IMG/VR virus record: IMGVR_UViG_3300043822_000021
Span: 4,641 to 68,640 of that record
Length of the DNA: 64,000 nt
DNA from: a virus
Taxonomy: Duplodnaviria > Caudoviricetes
Strand: one strand, 5' to 3'
Both the position numbers and the translations under genes were made by a program. Below, piece after piece: positions 8,886-16,874 of the stretch; position 1 is the stretch's first letter, and each line of letters begins with the position of its first letter. Below the pieces are notes generated by a model, which was given only the letters and a program-made list of their open reading frames with translations, was not told the origin of the DNA and did no database searches.

Positions 8886-9698
8886 CTAAGACCGGCTCCC
8901 AATATATGCACCATTACGATCAAACCAATCAGGATGGTCTGCACGTGCCAAGTCGTACTCGTACTGAGCCAAGGCATTCGGGTCATTCTGATATTTGAGT
9001 CGCTGAACCTCACGTGGATGGAGCGCCGCATCAAAATTAAGTGCATCATCAAGGCTGTCGAACGTCGCCACGCCATTATCACCGACTTCGTAGTAACGTT
9101 TCTGTGCTTCATCACCAGAAAGTATCTGACCGTCAGGTGTAACGTTCATAATAACATGGTGGCCGTCACCATCAGAAAACACCTGTGAAACCATCGTACT
9201 TGTCGTGCCGTCGCCGTTATGAACGAATGGGCGATGATAGATATTACCAGAGCCCCAACGCCCATTTTTGATAGGGAGAGGATACAGAACATCACGTTCT
9301 TTCATTTGGTCAGGGGACATGGAGATAGCCCTCTTAATCATTTCATTCGGATTCTGTAACTGCTGGCCACCACTTAAATCCTGAGTCTGGCGTTGCATAG
9401 CAATGTTAGGCACGTATTGTTTAAGCTGAGTGTCTGGGCGTTCACCGTTCAAAATTTTATAAATACGTTCTTTGAAGCCGGGGTTAAGTGAACTATCGAA
9501 CTGATTGTTCAAAGCTTGCTTCACTACAGCCTGACCAACAGGGACAGCAGTTATAGAATCGTTCTGACTATTACTGGTCGTGGTCTTTTTCGCCGACGTT
9601 GCATTAGCAGGGTAAGTGGTCATGGTGTCTTGCGGGGAATACGTCGGGTTATATGCAATATGACCGTCAGTAAATTGAATTCGATTAGCTTTCGCCAT
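8886..9698 (-). CDS. Hypothetical (possible internal virion protein), paralog of 7873-8853
   Basis: 270 aa; shares YKIL..RP..QL..Y....QRQT.DL and HPDW motifs with its neighbour. Confidence 0.6.
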   Translation of the reverse strand: MAKANRIQFTDGHIAYNPTYSPQDTMTTYPANATSAKKTTTSNSQNDSITAVPVGQAVVKQALNNQFDSSLNPGFKERIYKILNGERPDTQLKQYVPNIAMQRQTQDLSGGQQLQNPNEMIKRAISMSPDQMKERDVLYPLPIKNGRWGSGNIYHRPFVHNGDGTTSTMVSQVFSDGDGHHVIMNVTPDGQILSGDEAQKRYYEVGDNGVATFDSLDDALNFDAALHPREVQRLKYQNDPNALAQYEYDLARADHPDWFDRNGAYIGSRS

Positions 9699-9709
9699 TC
9701 ATTACCCCC

Positions 9710-10021
9710 TTAGTAATTATCGAACCAGTTCTTATCTGGTTCTTTTGGCTTCAATAATTCCTTTAAATCCTTTTCGGCAATCTCGCCGTTATATATGAGC
9801 CTATCTAAGAACGTTTTAAAAGCCTCCGATGCCACCAGCTGATTCCGGAGGGCCATTACCACGCTCTCTGGGCACGTTTTGAGGGTTTCGATTATCGCCC
9901 CTTGATAATCCTCCAACCACTCCTGAGTTATTTGTTTGACCAATTCCGCCTGTTGGGCTTTGTCCATATCCTCTATCAGCCGGGACTGCTGTTCTAATTC
10001 CGCTTTGTCCATCAAATCCAC
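9710..10021 (-). CDS. Small helical protein downstream of the portal, overprinted on the portal 3' end
   Basis: GTG/ATG start with a GGAG(TAGG) RBS inside the portal ORF; natural helical composition. Confidence 0.65.
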   Translation of the reverse strand: MDLMDKAELEQQSRLIEDMDKAQQAELVKQITQEWLEDYQGAIIETLKTCPESVVMALRNQLVASEAFKTFLDRLIYNGEIAEKDLKELLKPKEPDKNWFDNY

Positions 10022-11972
10022 CTACTCCCATCTGACTTTGTGCGTTCATCGAGCCACCGAATAGTGCCTGTAATTCAGGAGGCAACTGCATCAATACTTC
10101 TGCCGGTAATGTGCCAGTCTGTAAATAATACTGCATGGCTTCCGGAGGAAGTGCCGCCAATACCTGCTGGCGCAGGGACATTTCCATAATCATTCTCTGC
10201 TGTATTACGTCTGGCTCTGTAATGTAGTCCGCATAATTCTTGAATCCTGCAGATTCTATCCACTTTTTGAACAAGTTATAGACGTTCTGGGGAGTAGCAA
10301 TCTGCATACCAGCACTAAGAGTCTGCATAATAGCTGTCAGTATGCTCTGTAACTGCATCTGTGTTGATTCTTTAGTGGCTATACTGATACCAGCATTAAC
10401 AACCAAATCGAAATTGCCTTGTAAGTCATCCGGGCTTATGTGTAATTCCTTATTTGTAAGGCGGATTACTGTTTCTTGGTCTATAAACTGCTGATTCAGA
10501 CCAATCATGAACCGGAACAGTTCGTACATGCCGGTTTCAGCAAACATGCGAGCAATCAATTCCAAACGCTGAGACGACTGTCCGAGGATAGCCGATATAC
10601 CAGTCGCCGTTTTGTTTAACGAGTTAGCGTCTAACCCTTGGTTATACCGGGTGATGCCAGTACGGTTTTCTTTCTGCCCTTCTATATATTCGAGAAACTG
10701 GTACGTATATGGATTCAGCTGATTGACCGGCATAGCCATAGCCACATCCTGCATTGGATGGTTGGCTTTCTTCCGGATGACCGCTCTACCCTGTACATAA
10801 TCGTCTATATTGATAGCATCTTCCGCCAGAATCATTTTAGGGTCATTGGTAAGAGCTATATTGTGTACGATCTGGCGGGTGAGAGCGACTTTCAAGTCCT
10901 GTAATTCACCAATCAATTCAGCGTAAGAACGTTTTACCCAGATACGATGAGGGTCTTTCGTAGGACTGATGGAGAAGAACGGATGTCTGCCCATATAGTT
11001 TGGTTCTACACGGAGAATGGTATCATCACATATAGTGATAATCATATCTTCCAGTACACCATCATTATTCCAGTCTAATTTGGTGTAACATTCATAAATT
11101 GTTACCACGTCACGGGCGTCATCTACGTTGTTATCGAATTTATTGTAATGGTCTCCGATAACATCTTCTACTTCGTCGTCATATTCTAAAGATTCGCTGT
11201 GTTTAGGATGAATCTGGTCTACATTGGCATAAACTCCCTGATTTTCCCGTTCACGCAGGTAACTCATAGTGACTTTTTTCTTGTGAGCAACGAAATTGGC
11301 CTCTTCCAGAGACTTTGCATCTGAGCTGTACAACAATTCAGACACTAAGATATTCTCGATTTTAGGAGAATTCTTCACATAATACGGGGAAATATAGGTA
11401 ACTTCCATGATTCCGTATTCATCCGGAGGTGTAACTTCCAAAATCTGGACATTCTGCTGTTGCAATTCCTGAAAAGCACGGATATTCATATGCTGTTTTA
11501 ATGTCTGTTCTGCTTCCTTTCTATCCCAATAGCATTTAATAATACCCATGCCAGTAATAAGAGCGTCTTTAAACCAGTTATAAAGGATAGGAAATATGCG
11601 GTTCTGACGCTGTAACTGGTACGTAAGCAATTCCTGCATTACTTCAGCATTTTTATCATCCTCTTCAGATACCCCCTGAACAGTGATAATTTCATCACCG
11701 CCAGTAAATACCTTGATGAGAGACGGAAGTGCCCATTCAATCGTATCTGTTACGTCCGTGCTGACAAGAGAACTGAATTTAGACAGCCGTGGGAACTTAT
11801 TCTTGTAATAATCCTTATCGGCATAGTAAATTTCGTACCGTTCTTTGACAGTTGGGAGTATGACAGACTGCTGATAGTCTTCTGCGTCGCTGATATCATG
11901 CTGAATAGCTGTGACAAGACTCTTGTCGATATCATCAATCGTCGGATCGGTCTTGTTATTAACGAAACTCAA
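9816..11972 (-). CDS. Portal protein (SU10/P22-like)
   Basis: 718 aa. DTIEWALPSLIKVFTGG, WFKDALITGMGIIKCYW, YMGRHPF and ENRTGITRYNQGLD motifs typical of podovirus portals. Confidence 0.92.
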   Translation of the reverse strand: MSFVNNKTDPTIDDIDKSLVTAIQHDISDAEDYQQSVILPTVKERYEIYYADKDYYKNKFPRLSKFSSLVSTDVTDTIEWALPSLIKVFTGGDEIITVQGVSEEDDKNAEVMQELLTYQLQRQNRIFPILYNWFKDALITGMGIIKCYWDRKEAEQTLKQHMNIRAFQELQQQNVQILEVTPPDEYGIMEVTYISPYYVKNSPKIENILVSELLYSSDAKSLEEANFVAHKKKVTMSYLRERENQGVYANVDQIHPKHSESLEYDDEVEDVIGDHYNKFDNNVDDARDVVTIYECYTKLDWNNDGVLEDMIITICDDTILRVEPNYMGRHPFFSISPTKDPHRIWVKRSYAELIGELQDLKVALTRQIVHNIALTNDPKMILAEDAINIDDYVQGRAVIRKKANHPMQDVAMAMPVNQLNPYTYQFLEYIEGQKENRTGITRYNQGLDANSLNKTATGISAILGQSSQRLELIARMFAETGMYELFRFMIGLNQQFIDQETVIRLTNKELHISPDDLQGNFDLVVNAGISIATKESTQMQLQSILTAIMQTLSAGMQIATPQNVYNLFKKWIESAGFKNYADYITEPDVIQQRMIMEMSLRQQVLAALPPEAMQYYLQTGTLPAEVLMQLPPELQALFGGSMNAQSQMGVGGFDGQSGIRTAVPADRGYGQSPTGGIGQTNNSGVVGGLSRGDNRNPQNVPRERGNGPPESAGGIGGF

Positions 11973-11983
11973 TGCATCACCTC

Positions 11984-12268
11984 CTACAACTGTCTATTTA
12001 CAATTGTTTCCGGGGAGAATGCCGAAGACATAATGACCCCAGTATCAAAAACAATAATCGAACGTTTCTTTCTACCCCTCGTAGCATCAAATAATTCTCC
12101 AGAATGGAGCTTGCTTGTGTATAATCTCTGCACAGAATTACCAGCATACGGGAGAATGGACGTTACCCGGTTCATATTTACAATGAAACCAAATCCGACA
12201 TTAAGAAACGGGCCGTTCTTATTGTTATCCGTCTTAACCAAATCACGGTTCAACATGTTTGTTTCCAT
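11984..12268 (-). CDS. remA: RemA / DUF370-family DNA-binding regulator
   Basis: FLNVGFGFIVNMNRV..I.P...DATRGRKKRSIIVFDTGVIMSSAFSPETIVNR aligns by eye with Firmicute RemA (LINIGFGNIV..NRI...DAT.GRRTR.VII.D...ILSA.QPET...R). The start was placed at the ATG after an AGGTGA RBS. Confidence 0.82.
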   Translation of the reverse strand: METNMLNRDLVKTDNNKNGPFLNVGFGFIVNMNRVTSILPYAGNSVQRLYTSKLHSGELFDATRGRKKRSIIVFDTGVIMSSAFSPETIVNRQL

Positions 12269-12277
12269 AGCTATCAC

Positions 12278-12463
12278 CTAACAGTAAAAAATTGGTGCTC
12301 CAATACGTGAAGGAGGAACCGGGGGGTTTCCGCCCTTATCGAGTTTGGAGTTCAGTGTTAAATTTGCTAATTCTTTCTCCAGCATGTCTACTCTTTTACT
12401 CAGATGCCAGATATCTTTGGACATTTCTTTAATCTTTTGTTCGTTTATAATAGCTTCCTTCAT
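12278..12463 (-). CDS. Small coiled-coil hypothetical protein
   Basis: MKEAIINEQ... with a GGGG RBS. The longer track start overlaps tRNA-Trp and is not used. Confidence 0.55.
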   Translation of the reverse strand: MKEAIINEQKIKEMSKDIWHLSKRVDMLEKELANLTLNSKLDKGGNPPVPPSRIGAPIFYC

Positions 12464-12488
12464 GTGTATTCCCCTTTCGTTATAAATA

Positions 12489-12562
12489 TGGCAAGCCCGT
12501 GAGGAATCGAACCTCAATCTACGGTTTTGGAGACCGTTATTCTACCGTTGAACTAAAGGCTT
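12489..12562 (-). tRNA. tRNA-Trp (CCA)
   Basis: Cloverleaf with ACGGT-CTCCAAA-ACCGT anticodon arm, GGTTCGATTCC T-arm and encoded 3' CCA; one acceptor-stem mismatch. Confidence 0.92.
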
Positions 12563-12565
12563 ATG

Positions 12566-12657
12566 TGGCGGAAAGGATGGGATTAGAACCCATGCGAGCC
12601 TCGTAAGCTCCTAACGCTTTAGCAAAGCGTCCTCTTAAACCACTTGAGTACCTTTCC
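12566..12657 (-). tRNA. tRNA-Ser (GCT)
   Basis: GGAAAGG/CCTTTCC acceptor stem, ACGCT-TTGCTAA-AGCGT anticodon arm, long variable arm and GCCA end. Confidence 0.92.
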
Positions 12658-13450
12658 GTGTTGCAGGGTTGTTTAACGCCGCCCTGCCCGCCGTATAGGA
12701 TAAAACGGTTAAACAATCCTATATCCTTCTCAGGAGAGGTTTTGACCTATGCTCCAAGTAGGCCCTTTACTGTACATCCTTGGGTACAGAACCAGTTATC
12801 TCCCTGTTTTCTTTTACATCTGACCATGGGAAACAGATGGTGGAGCTATTTTGCTAAATTAGTCGAAATCAAGCACACCAACGTGAAGGTTTTAGCATTG
12901 TGCTCTTGCGGGGGAAAGATTCGAACTTCCGTAACTGGGGAATGAGCCCAGTGTCCTCCCATTAGACGACCCCGCCATGCATCGGTTCTTTTCTCTCTTC
13001 GTGGAGCATCGCGCTTCAAGAACCGGAAAGCGGTTTCCCTCGCAAGGGATGTACATCAAGAACCAGCGTCGATATCTGGCCAGTATATCCACACCGTAGG
13101 ACGATGTACGTAGTCCTTCCTAGTACGGCCATGAATCCTTACACATGCCTTCGTATACCAGTCCCCGTAGAGATTCTGGTATAGGTGCAGGGGTGTCACA
13201 GTCGTACCGTCTTGGTTGTAAAAATAAGCGGCGTATAAATACGCCACATCCAAAACTCTCCAAGAAGTTTTCAAGTGCATTCGTTAAAGAAGCCCACTTA
13301 GGCTACTGACCAACACCCAAAGCGTGTTGCAGTCTTTTTACCTAGTCTTTCCAACATTCACAGGCTAACGCCCAGTGCCTATGTTCCGGAGTTTAACGTC
13401 CTCCTGAACGACGAGATATGGATGTTTAAGGGCCTCCCGGCCCTCACCCC
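12658..13450 (-). ncRNA. Large ornate structured ncRNA, GOLLD-like, with embedded tRNA
   Basis: About 795 nt with no credible ORF, packed with hairpins: GGGCC/GGCCC, CAACAC/GTGTTG, GGCGTA/TACGCC, TATACCA/TGGTATA, TCCCT/AGGGA, AACCG/CGGTT, CATCTG/CAGATG, CTGTAC/GTACAG, TAGGAT/ATCCTA, GCAGGG/CCCTGC. The layout is ~470 nt, then tRNA-Met, then ~250 nt. Boundaries are approximate. Confidence 0.6.
12906..12976 (-). tRNA. tRNA-Met (CAT), initiator-like, atypical
   Basis: GGCGGGG/CCCCGCA acceptor with a 1-72 mismatch, CTGGG-CTCATTC-CCCAG anticodon arm with three G-C pairs, GTTCGAATC T-loop; no encoded CCA. Confidence 0.8.
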
Positions 13451-13452
13451 CT

Positions 13453-13839
13453 TTACTGTCTCCGATCAAGAGCAACAAGGGTTCTGGCCAAGCGGTCAAC
13501 GGCCTGTTCCCATAAAGTATATTCCAACGACTCATGGTTTTCGGGTTGGAATGGAGCGAAGATAATATGTAACATTTCGTGCACAAGTACTTCTTCTTCG
13601 TCCATATCGTTTACACACCCCGTGTAATATACAGGGTTGAGTATGCGTATATAACAAGTTTCCGTGGGAAGTGTAATCATAGATTCGCCATCTCTATTCT
13701 GTTCACTCATTGCTTCAGGAGGAACCAGAAAAGCTTGGATTGTCCAAGATTCTTCATGCAGGATTTTCTGCCATTTTCCAACCAGTTTTTCAAGTTCCTT
13801 ATTACACTTGTCCACATCGGTGTAATCCTTATGGGCCAT
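13453..13839 (-). CDS. Small zincin-like (HExxH) protein
   Basis: EEVLVHEMLHI motif; start placed at the ATG with an upstream purine-rich RBS. Confidence 0.6.
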   Translation of the reverse strand: MAHKDYTDVDKCNKELEKLVGKWQKILHEESWTIQAFLVPPEAMSEQNRDGESMITLPTETCYIRILNPVYYTGCVNDMDEEEVLVHEMLHIIFAPFQPENHESLEYTLWEQAVDRLARTLVALDRRQ

Positions 13840-13908
13840 CGAACCACTCACTTTCTGTGTTTTTTTTACATGGCTCCGGTGACAAAGTTATTTGTCTCGG
13901 TGAGCCAT

Positions 13909-15363
13909 TTACATGGCTCCGGCATACGGTATCTCGTCGGTAGTGACTTTTTCATAAGCCGCAACTGGAGCAAAGCTTACTTGGTCTTGATAAGCCAATG
14001 CATCTATCAAATCGTCGTGTAATGATTTGGGAAATGCTAAAAACTCTCCTTCCAGTTCACCTAAGAATGAAGCCCCCATGGGGAACCAGACCGTACCAGC
14101 CTTGAACCTTGGCTGTATTGCCTGTATCCGCATCTCTTTCTTTTCTTTGGCTTCCAAATCCTTTACCGTGAACCAGATGTTGCGTATTGGCATTTCCTTT
14201 TCTACGAAATGACTTAGTGCCGCCTGATAGGCTACTTTTTCCATACCGACATATATCGGGTGATACCGTGTTACCGCTTCGAAGATGGTGTCAATCGTCT
14301 TACTCGGATTCCATCTCCCGTAAGCCACGTCTAAAACAAACCAGTGATTATCTGAATTGACTCCGACTGTACATACCACTGTGTAGTCGGCTGTTTCTTT
14401 TTCAGAGATAGCCAAATCTACGGTAGTGAATATGTTCATGTCTTTGGTATCCAGCTCCTCTGGTTTGTAATATTTGAAGTATTCTTTCCTGAATAACTGG
14501 GTTTCCGGGGAAATAGCTATACACATTTTTTCCCGTTCCCATACATCTAATTTGCCGATGCGTCTGAAGGCTTCCCGTTCTGCCTTTATCTCTTCCTTGC
14601 TCCATCTTTCAGGCCATACGCTGTTACCTTCTGCATCCAAGATGGGTATCCGCACACCAGCAAACTTTAAGTCTTTCTGATTTTCAATGACTCGTTCTAT
14701 CAGACATTTTTCTCCCAGATTATTCCCTATCATGAATATCCGTGTGTTTTTCCCCAAGAACAGTACATCAGACAGGAACCATTCCCAGTCACCTTCCTGA
14801 ACTGTATCTGACTTGGCATCTTCCAAGTCCTGCGGGTCATCTATCAGTACAATAGAAGGTCTGGTATCATGTGAGTTCAAACCACGGATGGCCGCCCCTT
14901 TACCATAGGCTTCAAACCGTACCCACATCTCCTGCCCGTTCTCGTCTTTGAGTATGACTTCAAATCCGTTCTGTGACTGTTCCACTATCCGGATCAGATT
15001 CATCGACAACAGTTCATTGTTCAGCCACTCTTCTTCAATTTCTTTCAGCCTCTTATTGGCCGCTCTCTGGGTGGCCATGATAAAAACAATGTACTGTCTG
15101 TCTTTACTTGGATATGTCAGGCAATGCATCGGGAATGCCCTTAAAACTACGCCCGATTTCCCACTTTCACGGAACCCTTCTACTGCGTAGTGATGCTTGC
15201 CATGTAGCAATATCTGCCCCCACTCTTCTTGGAATGACGGCGTTGCTACTTCCTTGTCTACCGGGAGGAAGATCCTTCGGAACTTCATCAGGTCATCTTT
15301 ACATTCACGGAACATCTGAGCCATTAATACCCTAGGGTCTATATCAGCCATATACCTATTCAC
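13909..15363 (-). CDS. terL: Terminase large subunit
   Basis: Walker A FRESGKS, Walker B VLIDDPQD, RNase H-like nuclease DLAISEKETAD and HDDLIDALAY. Confidence 0.95.
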   Translation of the reverse strand: MNRYMADIDPRVLMAQMFRECKDDLMKFRRIFLPVDKEVATPSFQEEWGQILLHGKHHYAVEGFRESGKSGVVLRAFPMHCLTYPSKDRQYIVFIMATQRAANKRLKEIEEEWLNNELLSMNLIRIVEQSQNGFEVILKDENGQEMWVRFEAYGKGAAIRGLNSHDTRPSIVLIDDPQDLEDAKSDTVQEGDWEWFLSDVLFLGKNTRIFMIGNNLGEKCLIERVIENQKDLKFAGVRIPILDAEGNSVWPERWSKEEIKAEREAFRRIGKLDVWEREKMCIAISPETQLFRKEYFKYYKPEELDTKDMNIFTTVDLAISEKETADYTVVCTVGVNSDNHWFVLDVAYGRWNPSKTIDTIFEAVTRYHPIYVGMEKVAYQAALSHFVEKEMPIRNIWFTVKDLEAKEKKEMRIQAIQPRFKAGTVWFPMGASFLGELEGEFLAFPKSLHDDLIDALAYQDQVSFAPVAAYEKVTTDEIPYAGAM

Positions 15364-15805
15364 CCCTATCTATACCCGTTCCTACTATATTCGTCTAAAT
15401 CTCACCCTTTGTTTCTACTATATGGACAAATTGTCGAAATACCCTACGGAAATTTCCAAAAATTTTTTGAATTACCCATTTTACGATATAGTACTACCCA
15501 TTATATTTAGTATTTTTATTCGTAATTTAGAGTATAATCCCGGTATTGTATGATACTTTTATACAAAAACATAGAATAAATCTATCAAATAGGTAGAAAA
15601 ATCGACATATAAGAGAGACATAACTTCCCTATTTCGCCCGCCGGGGTGGCAAGGAGTCCCAAATGCGAAGCCCCACCCCCATGGGCCGTTTTTTGTGAGC
15701 CGACTAATATCAATTTGTCGTTAGTATAAATGGTAAGTCAAATAAAGAGTTGACAATAGCCTATAAATGGCTTAACCATGCGGTTCAAGCACTTGTCTAT
15801 AGGTG

Positions 15806-15814
15806 TGTTATGAT
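15806..15814 (+). promoter_or_regulatory. Extended -10 promoter (TGnTATGAT) for the rightward early operon
   Basis: TG-T-TATGAT lies just before a GAGA-capped hairpin and a boxA-like ACCTTGACAAC; no good -35 at 17 bp. Confidence 0.45.
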
Positions 15815-15819
15815 GTAGC

Positions 15820-16075
15820 TGTCCTCGAGAGAGGGCAGGAACCTTGACAACAGAACAACGGCTATGGCGTGAGTGCCTAGGCTACGGCTAAAAGTACTCA
15901 TAAAGTGAAGTTGTTCTATACCGGCGACGGTATCATATCGGTTTCAAGTGCAGGCTTCACAACTTGCAAGCGACAGCTTCCTGCATAAATAGCAGGCCTG
16001 TAAAGTACCTTGTGTGAGCGGACAATAGTCTAGGCTACGGCTGAAGACGACAAAACAGGCTACGGCTTGTGATAG
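15820..16075 (+). ncRNA. Structured leader RNA of the early operon
   Basis: CTGTCCTC-GAGA-GAGGGCAG, AGAACAAC/GTTGTTCT, ATACCG-GCGA-CGGTAT, CCTGC/GCAGG, and three AGGCTACGGCT (cUACGg tetraloop) units; no ORF. Confidence 0.5.
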
Positions 16076-16278
16076 CGGTTCTCATTCCTTTTGATTACTA
16101 GCTACGTTCATCAAAACCCCTAACAAGGTAAACAAGGTATTTCCATAACTGTCTGAGAGTGGGCAGTAAAGGGACGCAAAAAGGAAAGTCCTGTTTGTCA
16201 CCTATGGTATAGGGATAGATATATTCATGGGTAGACATTAGACTTCCGACGAGTAAGTAATAGGATTTTCCCCGCAAC

Positions 16279-16322
16279 GCTGTTTTGGGCGCGGACAGAT
16301 TAAAAGTAGCGCGCCTACCATA
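16279..16322 (+). ncRNA. H-type pseudoknot motif, copy 1
   Basis: GCTGTT-T-TGGGCGCG-GACAGA-TTAAAAGTAG-CGCGCCTA-CCATA. Confidence 0.75.
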
Positions 16323-16355
16323 AGCAAGACAAAAAATACAAAAGGGGGTCATATT

Positions 16356-16874
16356 ATGACTATGACTTTAACAAAAACGGCCTTTAAGGCCGACATGAAA
16401 ACATGGGGTATTCAGCTTAATACCCTTAAAGACGCCCGTTTACAGGCGACTTCTGAAAAGGAACTTAAAGAAGCCCGTGAGCTTACAATTAAGCAGGCGG
16501 TTATCACGGAAACCGCAATATTTTTAGGTGCTTGCTTTGGCTACAATGCGCCGGACGTTCTGTCATATTTTGACCATGGTGTAATGCCGGTCAATGGTCA
16601 ATGGGACGACAAAAAATTTGCCAATAAGTTAAAAGATTTGTTGGCTAAGGCGTGTAAGAGCGCCTATTACAAAACTTCCCTTGATAAGCTTCAGAAGAAA
16701 CATTCTGCTTCTGAAGCGGAAAAAGTTTATGAAATTCAGATGCGTACACTACATCTGATTCATGATGTCATGGGTATTCCGTTCCCCGTACACGCTGTTA
16801 TGCAGGAAGTTGCCTGCAGGCGTGTTAAGGCCGTCCGTAATATTAAGCAGAATGGCCACTTATTCGTTAGATAG
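16356..16874 (+). CDS. Early hypothetical protein
   Basis: 172-aa ORF with an AGGGGG RBS; first gene of the rightward block. Confidence 0.75.
   Translation: MTMTLTKTAFKADMKTWGIQLNTLKDARLQATSEKELKEARELTIKQAVITETAIFLGACFGYNAPDVLSYFDHGVMPVNGQWDDKKFANKLKDLLAKACKSAYYKTSLDKLQKKHSASEAEKVYEIQMRTLHLIHDVMGIPFPVHAVMQEVACRRVKAVRNIKQNGHLFVR

Noticed and set aside
12838-12880. GCTCCACCA and GATTTCGAC on the minus strand, suggesting tmRNA ends
   Set aside because: There is no T-arm before the CCA, no matching 5' acceptor strand and no tag reading frame; it is better explained as part of the large ncRNA.
12658-13280. Track ORFs 12658-12945, 12892-13092 and 13056-13280
   Set aside because: They overlap a tRNA and dense hairpins, and have no RBS or protein-like features.
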